This document shows positions 1-10,290 of a stretch of 64,000 bases of DNA, piece after piece. The stretch lies in the IMG/VR virus record IMGVR_UViG_2933206877_000003, positions 10,092-74,091 of that record; one strand, written 5' to 3'. Position 1 is the stretch's first letter. The number at the start of each line of letters is the position of its first letter. The translations under genes and the position numbers were made by a program. The notes under the pieces are model-generated. The model worked only from the letters and a program-made list of their open reading frames with translations. It was not told the DNA's origin and did no database searches. This stretch comes from a virus (taxonomy: Duplodnaviria > Caudoviricetes).

Positions 1-2
1 AC

Positions 3-704
3 GATGGCCTGCCCCCACGAGGTGGGCAGCGTGAAAGTGACCTCCGACGGCGACACGTGGCCCTGCACGCCGAGCGCCGGGCCTGCCGTGGACTCGTTGA
101 GCGTGGGAAAGCCACCGGGCCGGGTGGACTGGCTGACAAGCCGGAGCGTCGGCGACCGCTTCCCGTAGTCGCCAGACGTCAGCCTCCGCAGGCGGACGGT
201 GGCCTTGGTGACGGTGGCACCGGACAGCGATCGTGGCTTGCTGCCGTAGAACGCGAAGCCGCTGTTGCGGCCCAGGGAGCTGCCGCCGTATTTGCCTTGG
301 AATGTGTCGGCGCTGGTGGAGGAGCCGGTGTCGGTTCGCCAGCTGCCGTCTCGCCATGTCGACGTCGCTGTTGGGGTGCACACCAGGGAGCCCGTCGTGG
401 TCGTCGGCTTGGGTGGCGGCGAGCTGTCGCCGAGGGAGGTGACCGGGGGATCACCGGCCGCTGGCGGAGTCGGCGGCAGCGCTGGCGCAGCGCTATACGC
501 GGCGAGAGCCCAGTACGTCGAACCGCGGCGGGCGATCAATAGTTTGTCGCCGACACTGAACGACAGTCCGGTGACGGTTCGGACGGTTACCTGAATGCCG
601 CCGATGCTGGCAAGGCACGCCCCGCTCACGGCCGTTGTGACAGCGACGGCTTCGATGGTTCCTTGGCCGGCGAGACTGACCCGGGTGTCGGCGAAGTCCG
701 CCAT
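3..704 (-). CDS. Minor tail protein (runs off left edge)
   Basis: Manual translation from ATG 704 (MADFADTRVSLAGQG...FYGSKPRSLSGATVT...), GAGGGG RBS, position after tail genes. Confidence 0.7.
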   Translation of the reverse strand, partial: MADFADTRVSLAGQGTIEAVAVTTAVSGACLASIGGIQVTVRTVTGLSFSVGDKLLIARRGSTYWALAAYSAAPALPPTPPAAGDPPVTSLGDSSPPPKPTTTTGSLVCTPTATSTWRDGSWRTDTGSSTSADTFQGKYGGSSLGRNSGFAFYGSKPRSLSGATVTKATVRLRRLTSGDYGKRSPTLRLVSQSTRPGGFPTLNESTAGPALGVQGHVSPSEVTFTLPTSWGQAI

Positions 705-714
705 GATGCCCCCT

Positions 715-1791
715 CTACAGGACTCGGACGGTCAGGCTCATTTCGCCTGGTGAGTAGGGCAGCGACAGCGTCTCGATCACGCACGGTGCGCCGACGAGTC
801 CGGCTCCGGTGGCGGAGATGACGTCACCGGTCACCAGGCCCGGGTGAGGAACCATGCTCACCGCGAGGCGGCGGGACGAAGCGCGGCGCAGCTGGAGGAG
901 CTGGGCGGCTGCCGCGGCGCGGCACTGAGAGACGGTCGTCATCAGCGGTGACGAGAACACGTACGGCACGGGCAACGGGTTGAAAGGACCGCCGTACCGG
1001 TAGGGCGAGGCGCTGTCCAGGTCGTAGACGACGCCCTGGAGCTGGTTGCCGCTGCTGTCCTCGCCTTGGGCGATGACGACGTTGAACGCACCGTCGCGGT
1101 TTCCGCTCCCCTGCCAGCGCACCACGGTGCCGCCGACGCCGTCCGTGAGGGTCAGGACCGGGGTTCCTCCGTCGATGAGCTTCTCGACGAGGAGGATGCC
1201 GTCCTCAGTAACGTAGGCGTCGGCCGCCCAGGCCGACAGGAGTTCGGTGAGGCCACCGAGGCGGTCGCTGTCCCACTGCATCCCGACGGGCACGGACTGG
1301 TCGGTGAGGAGCCCGTCGACCTGCACGGTCAGTGCGGGCTCGACGAGGGAGCGCACGGTCGACGAGAACGTGCCGGAGGGCTGGAACGGGGAGACGAATT
1401 TCGCCTCGTCGATCAGGGTGAGCAGTCCCTGGGCCGTGACGCTGACGGTGTCGCCGTCGGATCCGACCTCGGTGATCACGAACCAACCGCGATCGACCCA
1501 CTCAAAGTCGCCGCCGACGTCGACACCGTAGGAGATGTGGAGCTGCTGCCCGAAGGCGGCGAGTGGATGGTCGGGATCGGCCTGCGGGTCCCAGTTGAAG
1601 CCCCTGTCGCGGCACGGCACGCTGAGGGAAACCCTCTCGGGGATGTTCAGCGAGCGGTCGCGGTCCTCCTGGCCGCCGGCAACGGGGATGTCGGCGGCCA
1701 GGAGTTCACCGTCGCGCCAGGACTCGGCGCGGACCTGCATGGTGTAGCTGCGCTGGACGATGGCCAGCGCAGCATCGGACATGTCGAGCAC
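715..1791 (-). CDS. Minor tail/baseplate hub-like protein
   Basis: GTG start just after upstream stop; position downstream of tape measure. Confidence 0.7.
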   Translation of the reverse strand: MLDMSDAALAIVQRSYTMQVRAESWRDGELLAADIPVAGGQEDRDRSLNIPERVSLSVPCRDRGFNWDPQADPDHPLAAFGQQLHISYGVDVGGDFEWVDRGWFVITEVGSDGDTVSVTAQGLLTLIDEAKFVSPFQPSGTFSSTVRSLVEPALTVQVDGLLTDQSVPVGMQWDSDRLGGLTELLSAWAADAYVTEDGILLVEKLIDGGTPVLTLTDGVGGTVVRWQGSGNRDGAFNVVIAQGEDSSGNQLQGVVYDLDSASPYRYGGPFNPLPVPYVFSSPLMTTVSQCRAAAAAQLLQLRRASSRRLAVSMVPHPGLVTGDVISATGAGLVGAPCVIETLSLPYSPGEMSLTVRVL

Positions 1792-1795
1792 GGCA

Positions 1796-3253
1796 TCACC
1801 CGAAGTCGTAGAGGGCGATGGCGAGCAAGCTGCTGAAGTCGGCCGCCAGGTCGGCCAACGTGCTGTAGTTGTTGGCGATGTCCTGGAGGGTGAATCCAGC
1901 CGCCTCCAGGACGTCGGGCCAGTCGTCGGCCCGGACGACATTGAGCTGGAACCACCTGAATTGGTCGTACCAGGTGGGGCTCTCGGTGTCGTCGAGCAGG
2001 GCGTAGGAGCCGTCCAAGCGCGGCAGACTCACCTGCCGCCGGATCAGCAAAACGCCCTCGGTAACGTGGTCGAGCAGATCGTTGAGGGCATCGCCGTCCT
2101 CGTCGGTCTCCGTGCGCACCGTGACGGTCGTCGAGGGCGCAGAGCGGGGCCGACCGACGACGACGATCCGGCCGCCAACGTTGAACGTCGTGGCCTCGCG
2201 GTCGCGTTTCCAATCCAGCGGCGATTCGATGTGCACCAGAGCGCCGACGCCACGGATCGCGTCCGAGACGACATCGGCGTCCACGGTCGAGGTGATGGGG
2301 TCGGAGTAGACCGTCCACTGCTGCCCGTACAGGTCAGTCAGCACGGCCGCGTAGGTCATCGAGACCCCGAACGGCTGCTCGGCGTCGACTCTCAGCAGGG
2401 AGGACTGCCCAGTCACATCGATGCCGGTCGCGGCCCTGACGGCCGTCAGGTTGGTGTCGACCTGTCGATACAGCGTCACGGTCGTGATGTCGTCGCCGGT
2501 CAGACCCGTCGCGGACACGAGGTTCCGTGGCGGAAAGGCGGTCTGTGCGATCGCGGCGACATCCGAACTGGCCTCCCGGATACGGAGCGCGCCGGCGACA
2601 CCGACGGACGCTGCCGCCAGGGTGGCGGTGATCGTGGGAGCCACCTGCGCCGTACCGGATGAAACGGAACAGGTAGCGAGCGCACTCGACAGCCCGTTGC
2701 CCGTGGTGACAGCGGCGTCGGCGCGCTCGGTCACCGTCCCGAAGGTGATTCCCGCCGCGGTGACTGCCTCGGCCGTGTAGGAGTCCGCGCTGGAGGCGAC
2801 GCCGTACCCGAGGACGACGAAATCGCCGGCCTTGAATGTCAGAGCCATACCGCCGACCACGGAGAATGCCGTGCCGGAGGTGCTGTCGTCGGCGCCGGAT
2901 GCAGCCCACCGCCAGCCGGTGCCGGCGGTGCGGGCCAGGCTGATGATGCGGGCCGCGATGACGGACCCCGCCGAGCCCGAGGGGATGACGGTGGTCGGGT
3001 TCGGCTCACCTCCGGCCAGGACGCGCGCGAACCACGTCTGCCTCCGCGGGCCGGCGGAAGCGCCGAAGGTGCCCCCGCCGCCCGAGAAACTGCTGATGAG
3101 CGACCAGCCGGACGGGGTGGTGGGAATGCTGTCACTCGGGTGCCCGGAGAGCACCTGCATGAGCGCCAAGTTGCCGGCGGAGCCCACGAGCGCAGGGGTC
3201 ACCGTGTCGGTATGGACCGCCTGCGCACCCGTGCTCCCGAAGGTGATAGTCAC
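1796..3253 (-). CDS. Minor tail (distal tail-like) protein
   Basis: 485 aa, Ser/Thr/Gly-rich N-terminal domain, overlaps tape measure stop. Confidence 0.7.
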   Translation of the reverse strand: MTITFGSTGAQAVHTDTVTPALVGSAGNLALMQVLSGHPSDSIPTTPSGWSLISSFSGGGGTFGASAGPRRQTWFARVLAGGEPNPTTVIPSGSAGSVIAARIISLARTAGTGWRWAASGADDSTSGTAFSVVGGMALTFKAGDFVVLGYGVASSADSYTAEAVTAAGITFGTVTERADAAVTTGNGLSSALATCSVSSGTAQVAPTITATLAAASVGVAGALRIREASSDVAAIAQTAFPPRNLVSATGLTGDDITTVTLYRQVDTNLTAVRAATGIDVTGQSSLLRVDAEQPFGVSMTYAAVLTDLYGQQWTVYSDPITSTVDADVVSDAIRGVGALVHIESPLDWKRDREATTFNVGGRIVVVGRPRSAPSTTVTVRTETDEDGDALNDLLDHVTEGVLLIRRQVSLPRLDGSYALLDDTESPTWYDQFRWFQLNVVRADDWPDVLEAAGFTLQDIANNYSTLADLAADFSSLLAIALYDFG

Positions 3254-6200
3254 CCCCCTGCCCTCCGTCCAACGCGCGCGCGGTACGCCTGCCGGTTCTC
3301 GGAGGTGCGGATCATCGGCTGGACGGTTCCCTTGATGACGCCGATGAGTTCACCGGAGTCGAGCACCAGCTGACCGTTCACCTCGTGCGGCCGGCTGGCC
3401 TGAGCCTCCAGCGCCGCTGCCAGCCGATCCCACAACTGGTCTTGACCTTGGTTGCTGCCACCGGCAGTCGGTACGTAGCGGCGACGGATGGACACACCGG
3501 TAGCGGTGTTGGCGAGCCGCTGGGTTGCGGCACCGACGAGGTGGCCGTGCATGTCGATGCCGTGGGCCATTCCGAGGACGATGTTCTTGCCGACCTCGTC
3601 CCGGAACACCTGCGAGGGGCTCTTGATCTTCAGGGCCCTTTTGATGGCCTTGACCAAGTCCTTGGCCACGGAAGCCATCTGCTTGCCGAGCGCCTTCTCC
3701 TGCGACTTCAGGCCGGCCAGGAATCCCTTGCCCGCGTCTTTGCCGCTGTCGTACATCATGTCGGCCATGGACCGGCCGAACGATGTGGCGAGCTTGCCGC
3801 CGCTCTTCACGAGCTTGTTCAGCTTGGCGATGTCCTGTGTCTTGACGCCCTTGCCGCCGAGGATGGTCGCGAGCTGACTGCCCGGCCCGGCGTCGGCAAG
3901 CTGTTGCAGCAAGGCCTTCGACGCACCGCGCGCCTTCAGCCTCTTCGTCAGCGAAACGAAGCCCCGGGCGGTCTTCTGCTGGCCCCCCATCTGGGAGATG
4001 AGGTCGCCGACGTTCGACGCGGACGTCCCGCTGATGGACAGAAAGTCGTTGATGCGCCCGGCCTGGTCGCTGGCGTACTGATTGGCCGCTGCGATCTTCG
4101 CCTTGACCGAGGCCCGCTTCGTGGCGAGCGCTTCGAGCTTCGACCCCTTCTTCTCGACGGATGCCGCCGTCCGGTTGTAACCGGCGTTCAGCAACTTCGT
4201 CGCCAAGGACTTGATGGCCGAGGCGATCGACGACGACGTGCCCGTCGCCAGGGACTTCTGGAGCCCGGTGGCAATCGAGTTGGAGATCGAGGTCTTCGCG
4301 GACCGCTGGGCGTTTCTCAACGCGATCTCGGCGGCCTTCAGCTCCTTCTGGGCGGCCTGGAGGCGCTTCTCCGCCGCGGCCTCGCCCTTGTGCCGCCGCT
4401 TGGCGCGGGATACCGCGTCCTTCGCGTCCTCGACCTTCTCCTTGTCGCGGCGGACCCGGTCGGCGGCGTTCATGATCGTGCCGCTCGCGTACCCGGGCAG
4501 CTTGATGCCGTGGGTCTTGGCGAACGCCATGGAGTCCTCGTGGTTGAGGACATCCTCCCCGCCCTTGAAGTTCACCAGCTCGGCGCCCTTTTCGCCGACC
4601 CAGGCGAGGCCCTTGGCGGCGCCGCGCGTGCCCTTCGCGTACCAGTGCGGCGACCGAGCCAGCCATTGCGAGTAGGCGTTGAGCGGGTTGCCGTACCGCT
4701 CGGCGATGTACGACAGGCCCCACTTGATCTGGGTGGCCGGGTTGGTCTTCCAGTCGGCACCGGCCGACGCCATCTTGCTAGCGGGGAGCGACTGGGGGAT
4801 GCCGTAGGCGCCGCTGCTGCTGTTCAGCGCGCGCTCGTTCCAGCCGCTCTCCCCGTTCCACAGGTTCTTCAAGGCGGCCCACTGCGGGCCGCTCCAGCCG
4901 CGGAGCGCGGCGAGGGTGGCGCCGATCTTCTGGTTGGCGGACGAGCCGCCTCCTCCGCCACCGAGCCCGAGCATGCCGAGGACATCTCCGCCGAGACTGC
5001 CGAGGGCCTTGAGGGCCTTCCCGGGCAGCGACGAGACGGACACCAAGCCCTTCTTGACGATCGACGCGAGGGCCTTGGGCATGCTGCCGAACACCTTGTG
5101 AGCGATCGCGGCGCCGCTGGTGCGGGACATGCCCTTGATCAGGCCGGTGACCAGGTGGCCGCCGATGCCCATGAAGACGCGGCTCGGGCTCTTGATCCCG
5201 AAGAAGTGCTTGACGCTGTAGACGACGGGGTCGACGACGACGCTCTTCAGCCAGCTACCGATGCCCCGCATCCTCTGTGAGACACCGCTCTTCAAGCCTG
5301 CGATGAGGGCGGAGCCCTTCGAGATGAGCCAGGTTCCGGCACGCGTGAAGGCGTTCCGTGCCGGGGCGGTGACGTGGGAGGTCATCCAGCCACCGATCGA
5401 TTTTCCGATCGAGTTCGCCCCGGACTTGAATCCGGACACCATCGCGCTGCCCTTGCCGGTCAGCCAGGACCCGGCGCGGGCGAAGCGGCTGGTCACCGGT
5501 GTCACAAGGTGGCTGACGATCCAGCCGCCGATGCCCTTGGCCGTGTTCAGGACGCCGTTCTTGAATCCGGCGACCAGATTGCCGCCGATCCCGGTGAATA
5601 CCTTCGACGGGGATGCAATTCCGAAGCCGCTCTTGACCCAGCGGATGACAGGGTCGACGAGGTGGCTCTTCATCCACGAGCCGATGGATTTCAGTTTCGA
5701 CCAGGCGCCGCTGATCAGCGACTGTGCCAGGTTGAGGCCGGTCTGATAGAGGGTGAATCGGCCGAACGTCTTCACGATGGCACGGATAAACCGATTGCCC
5801 ATGCCGGGCACTTTGTCGACGATCGCAGATCCCAATCTGGAGATCATCTCGCGGCCCTTGCGGACCAGTGCTCGACCCAGGTCTTCGAGACGGACCGGCA
5901 ACAGGAGCAGCTGGTCACTGAACCACTGCGCAACCTTGGGGAAGCGTGACGCGAATGCGTCACCGAACTTCGAAACGATCCTGCTCACGAAGCGGTAGAT
6001 CGCTCCGAAGAACTTGGGGGCGAGTTCCCCGATCTTTTCGCCGAAGGGGAGGATCTTCCCCCACGGGATGCGGGTGAAGATCTCGCCGAGCTTCCCCCAG
6101 GGGATCCGCCCGAAGAGCTTCCCGACTACTCCGAAGAGCTTGCCGAACGGCACGATGGCGATGGTCGCCAGAATCACGTCGAGCCAGTGCTTCTCCCAGA

Positions 6201-8016
6201 ATCTGGCGGTGAAGAGCGGCTGGAACAGGTTGTTCACGAAGCCGATGGCGAAGGGCAGCGCGATCGCGCCGAGGCTCTTGCCGACGTCGACGAAGTCGAT
6301 CTGGCCGATGGCCTTGCCGAGCTTGGCCGACAGCTCAGCACCGTGGCCGACGATCCACCCGAACGCCTTGCCCAGACCGGCTCCGAGGACGGGCCCGAAC
6401 TTGCCCCAGTTGACGTGCATGATGCCGTCGGTGAACGCGATGCGGACCTGCTCGCCGATCTGGCGGGCCAGCGACTTCGGGGCCTTCGGCACCTTCGGCA
6501 TCTTGATCAGTGGCGCGCTGAGCCCCGACCCTCCGTGCGGCAGCGGAGCGAGCGGCGCGCCGAGCCGACCGGCCTCGGGCGCGACTTGACCGGCCCCGTA
6601 GTGCGGGAGCCGCTGCATGGCCCGTCCCGTCCCCCTGGTCGAGGACGTCTGAGCCGAGCCGAGGTGCGGCGTGTCCAGCACCGTGGTGGGGAACTTGTCG
6701 ATGGGTGACTTCGGCACCGCCGGCGCCTTCACCTTGGCGCCCGTCAGGCCACCGATGAAGTCGCCGATCCCGCCCTTCCCGCCGAAACCGCCCAGGAAGC
6801 CGGAGACGACCGACTTGGCCTCGCCGATCGCTGACTTGATGCGATCCACCGGGATGATCTTCCCGACGGCGTCGGCGAAGCGGTACGTGGCGGGCATGGC
6901 GTCAGTGGCAAGGAAGTGAATGAAGCTGGTCACCGGCGGCAGCACCTTGGTGCCGACCCGGATGCCCATTACCTCCAAGTTGCTTGTGAGCAGGTGCCAT
7001 TGGGCTTCAGCGGTCTTCCGCTGCTGTTTCACCGCGTCGTCGAACTTGCCCGTGCTGCGGTTGATCTGCTCCTGCTTCTTCTCCAGCACGTCCAAGTTGT
7101 TGAGCATGAGCAGGATGCCGGAGCTGGACCGACCGCCACCGAACGCCCTGGACAACAGCTGCGACTGCTTCGACGCCGACATCCCCGACTTGTCGAGGTG
7201 CTCCTTCAACAGTCCGATTGCGCCGATCAGACCCTTCGGACCGCGCATGGCCTCCGCGAGGTCGAGGCCGGTCAACCCGATCTTCTTCAACTGCTTCTCG
7301 GCAGCCCCGGACGGGGCGCCGAGCAGCGAGAAAGACATGCGCAGGCGAGTTGCGGCGCTCGCACTGTCGATTCCCTCATCGGTCATGAGGGCCAACGCGG
7401 CGCCGACTTGTTTCATGGAAAGACCGAAAGTTTTCGCAGAGGGCAGGATGCCAGTGCCAATTGCCGCATTAAATTGGTCCATTGACATATTTCCAGCGCC
7501 GATAATTGCATTTACGGTGCTGACTGCCTCATGAAAACTCGTGGCGCCCTTAATGCCCGTACGCCAGGCGCCCGCCAGAGCATTTGTGGTTTCTTCCAAA
7601 TTGGCGTGACCGACGGCCGCCAAATCAGACGCTTCCTTGAGCGCCTTCATCGCGGACACGTTGTCCATGCCCACCGACTTGAGGTGGTACAGGGACTCGG
7701 CAAGGTGCTGCGGGCCCTGCTGCGTAGTGGTGCCCAGGTCGAGGACTTGCTTCGAGAGGAGCTTGACGTCTTTCTGGGTGGCACCCGCCTGCGTGGAGAT
7801 GCGGGTCATCTCCGCCTGGAACTCCATGGCCGACTTCGCGCCCTCGGCCAGTCCGGCGGCCAGGCCGACCGCCACCGCCTCGCCGACCACCTTGGCGGTC
7901 TTGCCGAGCTTGGCCAGGGTCGACTCGGTGCCGCCGGCTGCTCGGCCGACCTGACGGAACGTGCGCGACGCGGCATCCCTGGCGATGAGGGTGTAGATGA
8001 TGCCGGTGCTCGCCAT
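3250..8016 (-). CDS. Tape measure protein with lytic transglycosylase-like domain
   Basis: ~1590 aa Ala/Gly-rich, periodic W/F repeats, ESGWN...AYGIPQ...NPATQIKWGLSYIAERYG motif. Confidence 0.95.
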   Translation of the reverse strand: MASTGIIYTLIARDAASRTFRQVGRAAGGTESTLAKLGKTAKVVGEAVAVGLAAGLAEGAKSAMEFQAEMTRISTQAGATQKDVKLLSKQVLDLGTTTQQGPQHLAESLYHLKSVGMDNVSAMKALKEASDLAAVGHANLEETTNALAGAWRTGIKGATSFHEAVSTVNAIIGAGNMSMDQFNAAIGTGILPSAKTFGLSMKQVGAALALMTDEGIDSASAATRLRMSFSLLGAPSGAAEKQLKKIGLTGLDLAEAMRGPKGLIGAIGLLKEHLDKSGMSASKQSQLLSRAFGGGRSSSGILLMLNNLDVLEKKQEQINRSTGKFDDAVKQQRKTAEAQWHLLTSNLEVMGIRVGTKVLPPVTSFIHFLATDAMPATYRFADAVGKIIPVDRIKSAIGEAKSVVSGFLGGFGGKGGIGDFIGGLTGAKVKAPAVPKSPIDKFPTTVLDTPHLGSAQTSSTRGTGRAMQRLPHYGAGQVAPEAGRLGAPLAPLPHGGSGLSAPLIKMPKVPKAPKSLARQIGEQVRIAFTDGIMHVNWGKFGPVLGAGLGKAFGWIVGHGAELSAKLGKAIGQIDFVDVGKSLGAIALPFAIGFVNNLFQPLFTARFWEKHWLDVILATIAIVPFGKLFGVVGKLFGRIPWGKLGEIFTRIPWGKILPFGEKIGELAPKFFGAIYRFVSRIVSKFGDAFASRFPKVAQWFSDQLLLLPVRLEDLGRALVRKGREMISRLGSAIVDKVPGMGNRFIRAIVKTFGRFTLYQTGLNLAQSLISGAWSKLKSIGSWMKSHLVDPVIRWVKSGFGIASPSKVFTGIGGNLVAGFKNGVLNTAKGIGGWIVSHLVTPVTSRFARAGSWLTGKGSAMVSGFKSGANSIGKSIGGWMTSHVTAPARNAFTRAGTWLISKGSALIAGLKSGVSQRMRGIGSWLKSVVVDPVVYSVKHFFGIKSPSRVFMGIGGHLVTGLIKGMSRTSGAAIAHKVFGSMPKALASIVKKGLVSVSSLPGKALKALGSLGGDVLGMLGLGGGGGGSSANQKIGATLAALRGWSGPQWAALKNLWNGESGWNERALNSSSGAYGIPQSLPASKMASAGADWKTNPATQIKWGLSYIAERYGNPLNAYSQWLARSPHWYAKGTRGAAKGLAWVGEKGAELVNFKGGEDVLNHEDSMAFAKTHGIKLPGYASGTIMNAADRVRRDKEKVEDAKDAVSRAKRRHKGEAAAEKRLQAAQKELKAAEIALRNAQRSAKTSISNSIATGLQKSLATGTSSSIASAIKSLATKLLNAGYNRTAASVEKKGSKLEALATKRASVKAKIAAANQYASDQAGRINDFLSISGTSASNVGDLISQMGGQQKTARGFVSLTKRLKARGASKALLQQLADAGPGSQLATILGGKGVKTQDIAKLNKLVKSGGKLATSFGRSMADMMYDSGKDAGKGFLAGLKSQEKALGKQMASVAKDLVKAIKRALKIKSPSQVFRDEVGKNIVLGMAHGIDMHGHLVGAATQRLANTATGVSIRRRYVPTAGGSNQGQDQLWDRLAAALEAQASRPHEVNGQLVLDSGELIGVIKGTVQPMIRTSENRQAYRARVGRRAGG

Positions 8017-8043
8017 GACGCCTCCCCTCAACGGGTGTCGGTG

Positions 8044-8256
8044 TCATGGCCAGTTGCGCTGCGGCTTCGCCGCCGGGGAGGAGGAGCTGTCGTTCGTGGC
8101 CTTCTCGTCTTCCTCAGCTTCGAGGGAGTAGAAGATCTGCCACTCGATCAGCTCTCGGGCTGAGATTCGTCGGAGGAGTTCGGCGACGGTGTACCCGAGG
8201 GCTCGGGCGAGGACGAAGTGGAATCGTCGCCCGGACTCGGGGTCTCGGAGTTTCCC
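8044..8256 (-). CDS. Tail assembly chaperone -1 frameshift extension (gpGT-like)
   Basis: Slippery heptamer GGGAAAC at 8250-8256 (minus); -1 frame reads LARALGYTVAELLRRISARELIEW. Confidence 0.8.
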   Translation of the reverse strand, partial: GKLRDPESGRRFHFVLARALGYTVAELLRRISARELIEWQIFYSLEAEEDEKATNDSSSSPAAKPQRNWP

Positions 8257-8621
8257 TCCATCTCCTCCTGCTCGTCCTCGGACAGGCCGGACAGGGTCTG
8301 TGCCACGTCGTACAGCCGCTCCAGGACCCGGCCGGACTTCGCCCCCAGCTCGGCCGCCTCGGAGTCCTGGAAGAGGCGCTCGCCGTGGTCGTCGACGAGG
8401 CACTTCACCAGCAGCTTGGCGTGCATGCCCTGCTGGATGAGCACGGGCTCCATGCCCCGCCCGTCCATCGACCGGCGGAACTGCCTGATCGAGCCCTGGA
8501 AGTCATCCAGCTCGTCACCGGTGAGACCGCGCACGATGACGTCACCACCCCACTCGGGGACGGGCACGGTCTCGGTGGGGATGTCGTTCGCCTGCACGAT
8601 GGCATCGCGGGAAAGCGCCAC
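8148..8621 (-). CDS. Tail assembly chaperone (gpG-like)
   Basis: VPVPEWGGDVIVRGL motif; between tail protein genes and tape measure. Confidence 0.85.
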   Translation of the reverse strand: MALSRDAIVQANDIPTETVPVPEWGGDVIVRGLTGDELDDFQGSIRQFRRSMDGRGMEPVLIQQGMHAKLLVKCLVDDHGERLFQDSEAAELGAKSGRVLERLYDVAQTLSGLSEDEQEEMEGNSETPSPGDDSTSSSPEPSGTPSPNSSDESQPES

Positions 8622-8629
8622 TGCTGCTC

Positions 8630-9103
8630 CTAGCTGATCTCTCGGGTGATGTCGTCCAGGACACGGCTCACAGCCCGGCGGGCGAGTGGGCCGGCGGTCC
8701 GGACGGCGTTGTAGAAGTACGGCTGTTTCGGCTGGTCGACCCAGACCTCGCGGTTACCGAACACCGGGTGCCGCCACCGCTTCGTGCCCTCGACCATCGA
8801 CGGCAAGGACTTCATGCGGCTGGGCATTTTGCGGCCGTCGACACGAATGGCGACACCCGCCTCACGGCCGGAGGTCTTGACCTCGATGCGGGTCGCCCGA
8901 GCCAGCGCGGCTCGCAGCCCGTCGGGGCTGTAGGCCTGCTGGGAGGGGATGTTGCGGATGCTCCGCCGAACCTTCGGCACGAGCGGCTGGGCCGCCTTGC
9001 GCAGCTCCCGGCGGAACTTGGCCTTGAGCTTCTTGTCGTCCATCGCGCGCAGCTCCCGGACGATCCTCCGCAGGTCACCGCTGTCCCGGACGAAGATGCT
9101 CAC
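8630..9103 (-). CDS. Basic tail-completion/HK97 gp10-like protein
   Basis: Arg/Lys-rich 157 aa with EGTKRWRHPVFG...QPYF; position in tail module. Confidence 0.6.
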   Translation of the reverse strand: MSIFVRDSGDLRRIVRELRAMDDKKLKAKFRRELRKAAQPLVPKVRRSIRNIPSQQAYSPDGLRAALARATRIEVKTSGREAGVAIRVDGRKMPSRMKSLPSMVEGTKRWRHPVFGNREVWVDQPKQPYFYNAVRTAGPLARRAVSRVLDDITREIS

Positions 9104-9579
9104 GGGATGGTGACGTTCTCGGCCGGCACGTTGGTGATCGTGTACTGGAACGTCATGGATGCCGGGTTCTCGATGTCGCGGGACTTCGGGACCGAGCTGA
9201 CCTTGACGGGGAAGACGTCCATCTTCTGCCCGGTCACATCCCCTTCGGGGAAGATCACGATGTAACCGGCAGCGTCACGCGGCATGAGCGTGCGCGCGTC
9301 CGAAGAGTTCGAGGACGCGTACAGGGTGATGCTGGAGTCGTCCGCGGTGATCCGCCCCGGGATCTTCTTGACGAACCGGCTGCCCAGATCGGGGGTGTCC
9401 TGCTGGTCGGACGATGTGGCAAAGCCGGAGACGGCGCTGACCTCGGCGGTGAGGTCGGAGCCAGCGTTCAGCTCGGCCCGGCTCGGGGACAGGTAGTTGC
9501 TGATGCTGGCGACCCAGTAGTAGCGGGTTGTGCCCGGCGGGATGTACCGCGATGTCGGGGCGATCGGCGTGGCCACCAT
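9100..9579 (-). CDS. Major tail protein
   Basis: PSRAELNAGSDLT...TPDLGSRF..IPGR motif typical of actinophage major tail proteins. Confidence 0.85.
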   Translation of the reverse strand: MVATPIAPTSRYIPPGTTRYYWVASISNYLSPSRAELNAGSDLTAEVSAVSGFATSSDQQDTPDLGSRFVKKIPGRITADDSSITLYASSNSSDARTLMPRDAAGYIVIFPEGDVTGQKMDVFPVKVSSVPKSRDIENPASMTFQYTITNVPAENVTIP

Positions 9580-9582
9580 GGC

Positions 9583-9918
9583 TCAGCTCTCCTCTTCCTG
9601 GGGGGCCTTGGCGCGCCGCGCCGGCCGCTTCTTGGGTTCCGCCGACTCGTCGGTGCCCGACGTGTCTGCTGCGGCGGTGTCGGTGTCGGTGTCGACCGAC
9701 AGTTGCTCGGCCTCGTCCTGGGCCTGAGGCTCCTGGTCGGCCTGCTCGGCCGCGGCGGCGGCCGCGGCCGCCGCCGCGAGGGCCGCGCGCTTGTCGAGTT
9801 CGTCTTGGGGCACCAGCTGCCAACCCGCCGCGGTGTAGTGCGGCATGGCGTCCCGGCGCACCTCGATCTCCTGCTCCGCGGGCAGGGTCGGGTGGCGCAA
9901 GACGATGGTGTCGCTCAC
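9583..9918 (-). CDS. Hypothetical virion-module protein
   Basis: GTG overlapping upstream stop; LRHPTLP...AAGW motif with acidic/Ala tail. Confidence 0.6.
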   Translation of the reverse strand: MSDTIVLRHPTLPAEQEIEVRRDAMPHYTAAGWQLVPQDELDKRAALAAAAAAAAAAEQADQEPQAQDEAEQLSVDTDTDTAAADTSGTDESAEPKKRPARRAKAPQEEES

Positions 9919-10253
9919 GGGACCCTCACCACCGCGACGGTCACGGAGGCCGTGGCCGAGTAGTTGATGGTCGCGAGCCCCGTCGTCGGATCGGCGTACA
10001 GGCCGGGGATGAGCGGGATGATGCCCAGGCCGGTGGTCGCGCCGACGGAGAAGGTGCTGTCGGCGATGGCGAGGCGGCCGTCGACCTGGCCGGGCGTGGT
10101 CAGGGTCACGGTGACAGCGGACCCGCTGGCGTTCTTCACCAGGAGGAAAGTCCCGGCGCCACACGCTGCGGTGTCTCCGTTGGTGGCGGCCACGGGGGCC
10201 GAGCCGACGTCGAGCCCGACATTGGGCACGACCTGGGTTACGAGCGCGGTCAT
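9915..10253 (-). CDS. Small virion structural protein
   Basis: 112 aa beta-rich, AGGAGG RBS. Confidence 0.65.
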   Translation of the reverse strand: MTALVTQVVPNVGLDVGSAPVAATNGDTAACGAGTFLLVKNASGSAVTVTLTTPGQVDGRLAIADSTFSVGATTGLGIIPLIPGLYADPTTGLATINYSATASVTVAVVRVP

Positions 10254-10290
10254 CGCGCCTCCTGTCTGGGACGGACGGAGCAGGTGAGGG

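Noticed and set aside
5100-6400. Degenerate repeats in the tape measure gene
   Set aside because: Normal periodic TMP protein repeats
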